NCBI GenBank assembly: GCA_950097015.1
Contig: CATNEN010000030.1
Location: forward strand, 1,178,001 to 1,242,000
DNA from: Macrostomum hystrix
Taxonomy: Eukaryota; Animalia; Platyhelminthes
Direction: 5' to 3'
DNA: 64,000 bases
Shown: positions 1-12,800 of the stretch, one piece after another
Layout of the letters: each line of letters opens with the position of its first letter
Position numbering within the stretch: the first letter of the stretch is position 1
Notes under the pieces: generated by a model
What the model was told of the DNA's origin: nothing
Seen by the model: only the letters and a program-made list of their open reading frames with translations
Database searches by the model: none
Position numbers and translations under genes: made by a program

Positions 1-374
1 AAGTGGGCGGGATCCGAATCCCGTGGAAGGCGCTCCGCTTCCGGTTACGTGACGAATGCGCCCAGGAAATTAGTGCGAGGCGACCTCAACTGAAGCCTCA
101 ATGTTGCGGTGGCCAATGTGAGAGCTAGTTGGTTTGCAATTCCCATTTGATTTTCTGTGAATCAAAATGAAATAGCCGCATTTTCTGTCAATCGTGCCAT
201 TCTCTGGCGCCTCTTCTCATGTTTACTTTTGCCTATAGGGTTGCTCACTTTAATAGACAGAACAGTGACACTGTTAGACCTACCTCTATCTATATACGAG
301 CTGACTGAGAGGTCGCGAGTTCGAATCTCAGCTCAATGGAAATCGTTTTAGTACTTGTACCAACAAGACTACGG

Positions 375-760
375 AGTGACACGAGGGTGTCTGGAGGAGA
401 CTAGGGAGTGGGGTGGGTTGACGCGAGGATGTCTGGAGAAGACTGTGGAGTGGGGTGGGTTGATGCGAGGGTATCTGGAGAAGACTGGGGAGTGGGGTGG
501 GTTGACGCGAGGGCATCTGGAGAAGAATGTGGAGTGTGGTGGGTTGACGCGAGGGTATCTGGAGAAGAATGTGGAGTGTGGTGGGTTGACGCGAGGGTAT
601 CTGGAGAAGAATGTGGAGTGTGGTGGGTTGACGCGAGGGTATCTGGAGAAGACTGTTGAGTGGGTGGGTTGACGCGAGGGTATCTGGAGAAGAATGTGGA
701 GTGTGGTGGGTTGACGCGAGGGTATCTGGAGAAGAATGGGGAGTGGGTGGGTTGAAAAGA
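375..760. repeat. 42-bp minisatellite, about 9 copies
   Basis: Unit TGACGCGAGGGTATCTGGAGAAGAATGTGGAGTGTGGTGGGT. Confidence 0.95.
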
Positions 761-890
761 GGGTGTAGTATGGTGTAGTGTCATGTGCAACAAACTAAAA
801 AAGTTGGGTGTGTACTTTTCATCATTTAATCTACACTAAGTAACGCAGATACTGATTCGGTGTCGCACCGTAATTTTCATCCTATCCCAG

Positions 891-3800
891 GCGTCAACCG
901 GCTGTCGGAGGCTTCTAGCACAGCCAGCCGAATCTACTGGTGCCTACTAGGCCTGTTGGCGTCTAGCTTTTGCATCTACCACGTGGTGTGGCTGATCTAC
1001 GCGTTCGAGACCAGCCCAGTTAGCTCCGTGTTACGCCAGGGCGCAACTCCGTTCGTATTTCCTGATGTGACGATCTGCTCTATGACTCCAACTGACCCAA
1101 CGCTAATTTACAAGCACATCAATGTGCACAGCAAGCTGCAGTACTTCTTTACAACCATTATCACACCGCCAAGGCTCAAGCCGCTGGTCCGCATTCGTAA
1201 GGTGCTCAACTCGACAGGTGAAAAAATAGAGTGTGAAGAGATATTGTAATTATCTGGCGTCTGTACTTTTTCAGTTAAGAATCGAGCAGTGGGGTGGTAT
1301 TATGCAAGCACAAGTGATATGACTTAGGAGTGGGGTGGCTGCGGGAATGTGCGCAAGCGATATGACTTGGGAGTGGGGTGGCTGCGGGAATGTGCGCAAG
1401 CGATATGACTTGGGAGTGGGGTGGCTGCGGGAATGTGCGCAAGTGATATGACTTGGGAGTGGGGTGGCTGCGGGGATGTGCGCAAGTGATAAAATTTTTA
1501 TTGAGGTTGGTATGGCTATTTAAAACTGAGCAGTTATCAAATAAAGGACAACACCAGCCTACTTGATAAAAATAGACCAAAGTCGAGAAAATGGCGTTGT
1601 TATAGTTTCTGACGCCATAAAGTGCACAAAAACACTCGCTTTAAAACGTATGGATATATTTGACACTGTGGTACTGTTTGCAGTGGCTAAAACTCAATGA
1701 GGCGATGCATATAGAGGCTAGCAGAAATCTAGGTCTTAAATCTTGAATTGGCTGCCGGTGCTTAAAAGCCGCGACGGTTATTACTGAATCTGAATATAGT
1801 GAGAGCCAATGCGGCAGAGACCCGGACATTGGAGGCTGGGTTCTGAATAACCGGCATTGGAGCCGCACAATATCCCCACTCTTACAGTCCTCTTTACTCA
1901 GCTGTTTTTCTGTTTCGCATTGTTTCAACTGCATAGCCTTTGAAGGCTGTCTAAAAGCCACTTGAATGAAACAAGTGAAGCCCCCTCACTTCTATTATAG
2001 CTGTTTACAATGGGCGGCAACCGGAATCTGAGGTTGCTGGGCCGGAGAACTGTTCTCAGGAGATGGAGATGAGGAAAGGGCTAGCCAACTAATTACAGAC
2101 AATCATGCTTTTACGACTCAATGAAATTGTGCATATGCTGACTGCTGACTGCTGAATTGTCGATCCCAAATACCCAGATTCACCTCACTGGTAGATAAAT
2201 TTAGCCAAAAATTACTTTGATCTTCGCCGACTCCGCCACCGACACTGCCGCAATGCAATTATAATAATTTTCTTTCGAGTGTCGAGAGATTCATGGCCCT
2301 GTGAATTTATGACCCGATAGCACAGAATCACAATGAAGGATTCAGCTAATTGGATAGTGCCGACACTTTCACACCCAGCCGCTCTTGAAGCTCCAATCTT
2401 ATTGGTGTCTTGCCTGAGACGTCATATATATATTGAAAGTACAGTCCCATCATGGCCTAAATTAATGTTTGAAGCCGGATGAAAAAAATGCAAGACGAAA
2501 TAGAAGTTACTGTTTGTGAAATTGATATACTCTAACTTGGGCAGGCCGGTCTCGCGGACAAAATTGAAGTTACTAATCGGGTACACACGAGCACCCCCCT
2601 CCACGCTGGCGAAATTGAAGTTACTAATCGGGTACACATGAGCATCCCCCTCCCCCGAGGCCAAGGCCAAGGACCAAGGGCCAAGGAATTTCACTTAGAC
2701 CAGGGGTAGGCAAACTTATTTGCTGGCGGGCCAAAGAGAGAACCTAAAAGACGACAGCGGGCCGTATAAATATGAGATAGGGGAGAGATGAGACACGGGA
2801 GAGATAAGACAGGGGAGATATGAGACACAGGAGAGATGAGACACGGGAGAGATGAGACACGGGAGAGATTAGACACAGGAGAGATTAGACACGGGAGAGA
2901 TTAGACACAAGAGCGATGAGACACAGGAGAGATAAGACACGGGAGAGATGAGACACAGGAGAGATTAGACACGGGAGAGATTGACACGAGAGAGATGAAA
3001 CAGGACACTGTAGATGTCAGAAGGGGCAACGGGCCGGATTTGGGAGCTTCGAGGGCCGCATCTGGCCCGCGGGCCGGAGTTTGCCGACCCCTGACTTAGA
3101 CGAATTTCAAACTTCAAAGAAAATTTCATTTTCCTTGTAGAGTGAAAGTTCACAACGTCTTTAGAGTTTGGGAGATAAGTCTCGGTTACTGGCAAATATC
3201 GCCCAACAACAACGGACATTGCCATCGGAACTTTTGTGCTTTTACTAGATTGGAAGATTTTCAGATAGACAAAAAACTTTTGAAAACTGGATTTGCAGAA
3301 ACAAGGAGCTCCGCCCATTATAGTAACAAGCGAACTTGTTTAAATTACAGGTGTACCTATTACAATCAGTTGAAGCACTTGGAATGTGTTGCCTAACCTT
3401 CCCTAGTTGTGATTGTATGTGTATGCCAATTTCAGCTCTAGAATCCTCCCATATAATTCAGGATTCCACCAGAACTGTCAGGGATTTTATTCAATTAGCC
3501 AAGCTTCGCCTCATCCACTTCCACTTCAACTTACTTTTCTTTGTGGTCTCTTTGACTTAATAAAAACAAAGCGAAAGTGGCCCAGCAAACTTTGTCTGGA
3601 ATTCTTAGCTCTCAGTTCTCACAGGCGGGATTTTTGTTGAGTCATATTCCACTATTGGGAAAGGTTTTATCATAGCAGAGTCTATGTGAAATCGAACCCT
3701 TGCCTCGATCTTTATTTTACTCGTTCTGTGTCTAGGGGGTGGGGCTAGCGTAGAATCAATCTTCCCAATCCCGGCGAGTTTTGTCTTGTTTAAGCTTGAG

Positions 3801-6800
3801 CGGCACTTGGAGTTGCGCGCTCAGTGCTGTGTACCCAGGACCCGCGCCCGGCTGCTCAGGCAGCAAACTGTCGCTTGCTGCCTTCTGCTCCGGCAAGTCT
3901 TCTGGCTTCTCTTTGGCCTCTGTTTTTGCCTTTTCCGTTCAGCTTGACTGAGGGCTCGGGTTTCTGCGGCTGACCCTCTGGCCACTCCACCTCCGTGCTG
4001 GCCGCGATAACAAGACGGAGGAGCCACCGTAGAGCACTGACTTTAATCTCTTGATCCAATGTTTTTTGTCAAATGCTAACTTTTGAAATATGCTAACGAG
4101 CTTATGAAGTTTCGACCTTATGAAAAAAATTGCTTTTCGGTGTTGAGAAATTTCGAGCTTGTGATAGCACCCCGGCTTACTTCATAAGCTCGAATTTTCA
4201 CAAGGTCGAAACTTCACAACGTCGAAAACTAAAATAGCAGCTACTTTCATAGCAGCTATGAAATCTCTTGCTAAAGCTTTCGACGTTGAAGTTTCAAGCT
4301 TATGAAGTTTCGACCTAGTGAAGGTAGCTGCTATTTTAGTTTTCGATGTTGTGAAATTTCGACCTTGTGAAGAAAGGTGCTTTCGACGTTGTGAAATTTC
4401 GAGTTTGTGAAACCCCCCCTCAGTAAGCCATTGTCTGAGGCTGGCTTCATTTTTTTCGAGCCCTAAGCCTTGGACTAATAAATAAATAGTGCATAGTATA
4501 GTACATCCTACGTTCTCGTAGTATTCTGAACGGATTAGGGGGTGAGTGGCAGAGCGGTTCACGCTTTTGCCTCTCGCACCAAGGTCCCTGAGCTCGATTT
4601 CGCGGTGGAGCCACATTCATTTGGGGCGCAGCCGCGGAGAGAAGTCTTAAGGGCTTGTCGTGCAATTTACGCCCTTGAGGGCCAACCTCCAAGGCACAGT
4701 GAGAGTGTACACTGCCTGACGATGAGAAAGTCAGGGCAGATGTACACACTTGTGTGAGCGTGTGCCTGCGTACAGTGTCTGTGTGCATGTGTGCTCAGGA
4801 GTCAGCAAAATAGGCAGAATTGCCTCCTCGCTGGCTGCGGGTGGGTCTAGTGTCACCAAATGATGCGCCATTGCCTACAGCCCTCCTGCTTATTATTATT
4901 ATTTTAATTATTATTCTAGAACTTACAGTTTATTCCATTCAGGCATGTGATTAGCGCGTGATTCTTACTATGGGCGCAAGTGCTTTTCTATTTTCATTTT
5001 AAGGTAATTTGTCACGTGGTGTTTACCAAAAATTATGCTGTCTTTTAGCAACAGAAGTCAAAGTCAAACCCTTCTGCCTATACAAAGTGATTGTGTAGTG
5101 ATAAGAGATTGTGTTGCGCTGTATGCAGCACAACTGTCTAGCATTTTTGTGCTCCAGTGAGTGCAGATGATAGAGGTATTGTTATGCACCGTGCTCAAAT
5201 GAGTTGGATAATTATTTTTAGTACAAAGGTTTGGATTAGAAAATTGCCGCCTGTTTGTTGTTCTTTGTGTACTTTTGCTCTGCAACTCTCCCAAGAGTCT
5301 TCAAGGTGACTTCAAGGATGACCTGCAAAGTCCGGAAGTTAGGGAAATGAACTCAATTAGCACTCGCCTCACAGTTGCATCCTTGCCTAAGAAAATGAGG
5401 GACGCGGATCCTTAAAATTGCTTATCCTGATCTCGAACACTAACCCCGAAAGCACCCGAGCCCGGATCCCAATCCCGGATCCCAATCCCGGATCCCAATC
5501 CCGGATCCCAATCCCGGATCCCAATCCCGGATCCCAATCCCGGATCCCAATCCCGGATCCCAATCCCGGATCCCAATCCCGGATCCCAATCCCGGATCCC
5601 AATCCCGGATCCCAATCCCGGATCCCAATCCCGGATCCCAATCCCGGATCCCAATCCCGGATCCCAATCCCGGATCCCAATCCCGGATCCCAATCCCGGA
5701 TCCCAATCCCGGATCCCAATCCCGGATCCCAATCCCGGATCCCAATCCCGGATCCCAATCCCGGATCCCAATCCCGGATCCCAATCCCGGATCCCAATCC
5801 CGGATCCCAATCCCGGATCCCAATTCCGGATCCCAATCCCGGATCCCAATCCCGGATCCCAATCCCGGATCCCAATCCCGGATCCCAATCCCGGATCCCA
5901 ATCCCGGATCCCAATCCCGGATCCCAATCCCGGATCCCAATCCCGGATCCCAATCCCGGATCCCAATCCCGGATCCCAATCCCGGATCCCAATCCCGGAT
6001 CCCAATCCCGGATCCCAATCCCGGATCCCAATCCCGGATCCCAATCCCGGATCCCAATCCCGGATCCCAATCCCGGATCCCAATCCCGGATCCCAATCCC
6101 GGATCCCAATCCCGGATCCCAATCCGGATCCCAATCCCGGATCCCAATCCCGGATCCCAATCCCGGATCCCAATCCCGGATCCCAATCCGGATCCCAATC
6201 CCGGATCCCAATCCCGGATCCCAATCCCGGATCCCAGCTCTATTCTCTCAAGTTCCCGCCTGATCCCAACTTGCACAGTTCCCAGAATGTATCATCCCTA
6301 GTTCTTTCAAGTTTCTCAAATTGTTGCACCGCAGGCCTTGATCCGGAGGTCCGGCGTAAACTTCTTCGCTTTCTGCGGCTGCAAAACATCGACATCAGCA
6401 AGTCGCAGCACGAGTCAACCACCGTATTAAAGATCGAGACGTTAAAGCAGTTCTTCAAGCTGCTGCGGGGCACATTCAACATGTACGCCGCCGGCTACTC
6501 GCTCGACTCTCTCATTATTCGATGCAAATTCGAGGGTCGCGACTGCAACAAATCCGAGATGAGGTTAGTAGTGGACAATCACCTGTGGAACTGCTACACA
6601 ATGCGACCTAGCGACCGCAATGTCACCTCGATGGAGGGCCTGGACTTGTTCATCTTGACTCATCAGCAGCACTACACGGAAGATTCTGGATCGACTGCTC
6701 GCAATAATCAATCCGGTAAATTCCTTGCTTCGGGTGTGCTAAAGAAATGTCTAATGCCCACTTAAACATTTTAGATTTCTTTTATCTACTTTATCAATCC

Positions 6801-9800
6801 AGCATCACTAACCATACTAGCTTAAGTTTAAACCTCACCTAAATAATAATAATAATAATCACAATCATAATCGCAGGAGGGCTGCGGGCAATGGCACATC
6901 ATTTGGTGACACTATAGACCCGCAGCCTGCGAGGAGGCAATTCTGCCCATTTCGCTGACTCCTGAGCCAGTGTACAGTGCCTTGGAGGTTGGCCCTCAAG
7001 GGTGTAAATTGCACGACAAGCCACCAAGCTTTCTCTCCGCGGCTGCACCCTAAATGAATGCGGCCTCGTCCCGGAATTGAGCTCAGGGACCTTGGTGCGA
7101 GAGGCGAACCCGTTAAACCGCTCTGCCACTCACCCCCTTGAAACTTTCACCTTAATATTGCCCTTAAACAGAAAGCAACTAGGTAAACTGTTCTTGATAT
7201 TTGGCAATTTTACATCAGTTTCAGACTGCTCATTCTCGCACAAGGAGTACGACTGGGCCACCCTCAACATATCCAGCAACTGGAGCAACTCCGTCTTCTG
7301 GAAGCTGGAAAACTTCAAGGTAAGCGCAAAGATAAATAAAATCACAATTACTGGGTAGGTAGACTCACTGAAGCAGAGATTATTAAAAAGGCAGGCTTCC
7401 TTGGCAAGCAATCGAGCACTGCCTTTCTAGTTTAACTGCCGAAAGTCCTCAATCAAGCCGCCGTCTTTCTTTGCAACTCTCGTCTAAAAACAAACAGGTC
7501 TCCATTTCCTCTCACCGTCTCCCACCTTGCCAATCTTCTGTACGGTCTCTTGTCTCTCTAAATAATAATAGTTCGTAATAAAATGACAGGGAAGACTCAG
7601 GCAATGGCGAATTATCGAGCCCTTTCACTGCCATAAAGCCCTGAATGTTGCACATATGTATGCACACTGCGCTCCTTAGACAAAGCACTGATGATTTCCG
7701 CTTCGGCTCGACAATTTATATTATATATTAAATTTTATTTTATTAGAAAGCGGAATGAATTTTCTTGATTTTAGCTGAAGCTCGTGTGTCTGCATGTTTT
7801 AGCTAGTGGGTTGTGGGCTTCCATGATGTTTTAGCTAGTGGGTTGTGGGCTTCCATGATGTTTTAGCTAGTGGGTTGTGGGCTTCCATGATGTTTTAGCT
7901 AGTGGGTTGTGGGCTTCCATGATGTTTTAGAAGCTAGCAAGGAAGAGGCATTGTGGCATTTTTCATTGTGATACATTTTTTCATGAAATAAAAAAAGGAT
8001 TTCTTATTGAATAGGTTACTGATTTCTTTCTTTAAGTTAAGCTACCATCCTATTAAATGGAAAAACTAATAAATAATAAAAATAAAATAAATATTTTAAC
8101 GGTGCGCTTGCTACGAGCTAAAACTTTCACCGACAGTAGAAAGATCATGATATTTTTACCCCTGGGGTGAGACCTCGTGGCTATTTCAAATGTTAAAGAC
8201 AACTGGGCGAATTCATATTGGTTCATTATTTTTTTAATTCACAAAATAATCAACAATAATAACCGGCATGGTTAAATAATGAATTTTTTTGAGCAGTGAA
8301 CTTTTGCCTCTAAATTTTGGCTCCTCCACACCCCGACGAGAATCTTTGAATATCTCGACGATGACGGTGTTTTTTGTGATTCTGGAAGTTGTTTCAACGG
8401 AAAGAGCGGGGAATTTCCGCTCCGCTTTACTAATGCAAAATATCTCTTCTTTGTGTCTCCACCAGGGTCCTGGGTGAGTTTCACAGCTAGTTCGAGTCCA
8501 AAGCCGCAAGATCACGGAATGCAAAATATAATAAAGTTTTATTAAAAATTCACAGTTCTTTAATGCATCACGCAATTTCCCTGTCTTAGATTAAACGGTG
8601 CCCCCTTCGACTAGTTGAGAATTTCTCGACACGCAACAGCCTGCTTACCTATGTGATTTAAGATTAATGATGCCTTCATTTCCATAATCTTCAGAAATAT
8701 TTTCTTAAAGAGAAAAATAAGCCAGCTATCCAGCACTTACAGAAAACCTGCCGGCTTTTCATTAGGATACACCCACTTCAGATTGTCTCTGATCTGAAAA
8801 CTGAAAGTAGTCAGGTGACCCCCTCGCTAAAATCAAAAGTAGTCAGGTGACCTCCTCCGTAAAATTGAAAGAAGTCAGGTGACCCCCCTCTGAAAAATTG
8901 AAAGAAGTCAGTTGACCCCGCTCTGAAAAATTTTAAGTAGACAGGTGACCTCCTCGGTAAAATTGAAAGTAGTCAGGTGACCTCCTCGCTAAAATCAATA
9001 GTAGTCAGGTGACCTCCTCGCTAAAATCAATAGTAGTCAGGTGACCTCCTCGGTAAAATTGAAAGTAGTCAGGTGACCCCCCTCTGAAAAATTGAAAGTA
9101 GTCAGGTGACCTCCTCGGTAAAATTGAAAGTAGTCAGGTGACCCCCCTCTGAAAAATTGAAAGTAGTCAGGTGACCTCCTCGGTAAAATTGAAAGTAGTC
9201 AGGTAACACCCTCCGTAAGATCAAAATCAAATCGAGCAGACATCAAAGACAAGCTTCATGATGAAAATAAGGAACTGATTTAATTAAAAGCATTTTATAG
9301 GGAAAATATAAAAGCGAAGGTCCATACTAGCCGTTTGGTATGGAGCAGATAGCTCAGAATAGTATATTCTACGTATTCGGCTGATGAAGCAGTCAGTTCC
9401 GCTTTGTGATTGCTGACGGTTCACTTTACTCCGATTAGAAGAGAAAATTTCAATCAGTTCCGTCAAGAGCATTTCTCTTACAGCTGGCATGCAGTGAAAC
9501 CATAGTTCCTAAATTCAGAGAGTTTCCGCTTTTTGAGTTGCAGTTTTATTTGAAGTCATTTTAAGCAGCTTAAAGCTCTCAATATTAATTTTTTAATAAA
9601 CACTCGTTAACTTTTAGAATTAATGTGTACATGACATGCGTTTCAGGGGAAAGCTTTGCGATACCTTGAGGTTGGTCATGAATATGTCATTTAGGTAGGT
9701 CATTGAGGTTAGCCATTGAGGCGGGTCATTGAGGTAGGTCATTTAGGTTTGTCATTGAGGCGGGTCATCGAGGCAGGTCATTGAGATAAGTCATTGAGGC

Positions 9801-12800
9801 AGGTCATTGAGGTAGGTCATTGAGGTTAGCCATTGAGGCGGGTCATTGAGGTAGGTCATTGAGATTAATCATTGAGGCAGGTCATTTAGTTTTGTCATTG
9901 AGGCGGGTCATTAAGGCGGGTCATTAAGGTTAGTCATTAAGGCGGGTCATTAAGGTTAGTCATTAAGGCGGGTCATTAAGGTTAGTCATTAAGGCGGGTC
10001 ATTAAGGTTAGTCATTAAGGCGGGTCATTGAGGTTAGCCATTAAGGCGGGTCATTGAGATTAGTCATTAAGGCGGATCATTGAGATTAGTCATTAAGGCG
10101 GGTCATTAAGGTTAGTCATTCAGGCGGGTCATTGAGATTAGCCATTAAGGCGGGTCATTGAGATTAGTCATTAAGGCGGGTCATTGAGGCTAGTCGTTGA
10201 GGCGGGTCATTGAGATTAGTCATTAAGGCGGGTCATTGAGATTAGTCATTAAGGCGGGTCATTGAGGTTAGTCATTAAGGCGGGTCATTGAGGCTAGTCA
10301 TTCAGGCGGGTCATTGAGATTAGTCATTAAGGCGGGTCATTGAGGCTAGTCGTTGAGGCGGGTCATTGAGGTGGGTGAGATAATTTAGGTTGTGCATACA
10401 AACTCAAGGTACTCAATCAATCAATGACTGTTAATTCGGCATCGAGTTCGGTTAATTCAACTTTAATTTAAAGCAAAATTTAGTATCAAAAGATTCAACA
10501 GACATCTTGACCCATGTCAGACAAATTTTGTACTTTTACAGCCGATTAGCATACAAAATAGAGTCGATTGCGCTGACTGCTCAACCTGTTCGATGGATTT
10601 GAGTTGTCTCTTCTTTCACATCGGCCCAACCCTGCCGCATGAGCAGTCACTTGATTTTAATGAAAGAAAAGCCCCGACAAAAACTCACCTTGAAAATTGG
10701 CACGCCGTTTCAGAGCAGGAGCTTGAAGGCATTGTAAAGCTTAGGGACTACTAGATTCAGAACTGGCATCTCATTAGAATGTGGAGTACTAAAGCATAAC
10801 AGAATTAGCTTGAGCACTGCATGCTGGTGACAACTTCAAGAGATTTCGAGTATGGCTCGTGTCTATAAACTGAGACTGCGGACAGACAGTTGATTGCCAT
10901 GGAAACTAAGACTTAGGGACTCTCGCACTACAGACCCTGAGATCAATTCCGCGGCGAGGCCACGTACATTTGGGGGCGCATGTACACATTCCGTGTGAGA
11001 GTGTGCCTGCGAACGCATCAGTCCTGCGTGAGTGTTCTGGAGAATGGACACAACTGCCTCCTCGCTGACAGCAAATGGAATGTTCCCAAGTGAGCGTCAG
11101 TGCCCACAGGACCCGGAAAATATCCCTATTATTATGGCCACCTCCTGACTATTAAGCACACAGGCACACAGATGCCGTACAAAGGCACACGCTCACACAG
11201 GTGTGTAAATCTGCACTGACTTTCTCATCGTCAGGCAGTGTACACTCTCACTGTGTCTTGGAGGTTGGCCCTCAAGGGCGTAAATTTCATGATAAGCCAT
11301 GCAATGTGGCCTCGCCGAAGAATCGAGCTCAGGGACCTTGGTGCGAGAGGCAGACGCGTTAACCGCACTACTCATGCTCAAAACTGTAAAATTTGCAGGA
11401 TCTGATCTCAAACGCCCTGCTACCAAAGTACGACTCAAACGGCATCCGGGTGGCCATCCACGAGGAGAACACTTTCCCTCACGAGGGCCAATCAACATTT
11501 ACCATAGACAGCGGGAAGCAGGCCAACATGGAGATCCGGATGCTGGAGCTGCGGAAGCTCAGCAATAGAAAGTCCAGCTGCGTTGAAGACAGAAAGATTG
11601 TCAACTACAGGCAGGCCTCGATGCACGACCCGGAGAACTTCGACGATGTGAGCAGATGTGCTACTCATGAACTGGTTCTCATGCTTCTCATGTACTGGTT
11701 CTAATGCTTCTCAAGTACTGGTTCTCATGCTTCTCAAGTACTGGTTCTCATGCTTCTCAAGTACTGGTTCTCATGCTTCTCAAGTACTGGTTCTCATGCT
11801 TCTCAAGTACTGGTTCTCATGCTTCTCATGAACTGGTTCTCATGCTTCTCAAGTACTGGTTCTCATGCTTCTCAAGTACTGGTTCTAATGCTTCTCATGT
11901 ACTGGTTCTAATGCTTCTCAAGTACTGGTTCTCATGCTTCTCATGTACTGGTTCTAATGCTTCTCAAGTACTGGTTCTCATGCTTCTCAAGTACTGGTTC
12001 TAATGCTTCTCAAGTACTGGTTCTAATGCTTCTCAAGTACTGGTTCTCATGCTTCTCAAGTACTGGTTCTAATGCTACTCAAGTACTGGTTCTAATGCTT
12101 CTCAAGTACTGGTTCTCATGCTTCTCAAGTACTGGTTCTCATGCTTCTCATGAACTGGTTCTCATGCTTCTCATGTACTGGTTCTCATGCTTCTCATGTA
12201 CTCATTCTCATGCTTCTCATGTACTCATTCTCATGCTTCTCATGAACAGGTTGCAAGCAAAATTGCAAAAGAGGAGCGTCCCCAATGTGGCAGCATTTGT
12301 TAGTGTTAGTCGGATGTCTTCACATTTAGCTGTCAAAAATTTTACAGGAAAAAGAGTCCGAAATACTAACAGAAGAGCTACTGTGACTAGCAGATTAAAC
12401 AGGCAAACACAGGCCTCACAATGTTCTCAGTTAGCATTACTACAGCAAATTTGTGACATTTCGGCTGATTCTGACAGTAGGTAGGGGTATTTGGGCCAGA
12501 GAATATAACTGCTCAGCGCGCAATGCTCCTGACAATTCCTAAAATTTATGTATGTGTGACCGTTATACTTTTATATTATATATTTTTTCAATTTAATCTT
12601 TCAGAAACGCAAAATATTTAGGAATAAGTTGATGATAAGAACAAATATTGAGGAACCTAAGATATACTCAGCAACATTAAAAACCGCCACCCTAGAGCGA
12701 GGGGAACGGTTGATCTCAACTCACTGCCGCAAATTACGTAATGTGCACCTGACTGCAAGGAGAGAAACCGTGGGAGAGTGGGGGTGGGTAAAGGGTTATC

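Noticed and set aside
5387-6276. Four 270-280 aa ORFs (RIPIPDPNPGSQS repeats)
   Set aside because: A stop-free 13-bp minisatellite is open in all frames. It lies in the intron between phase-matched channel exons.
11704-12484. ORFs continuing from channel exon 4
   Set aside because: A 23-bp repeat after a good GTGAG donor; the real frame resumes at 14524.
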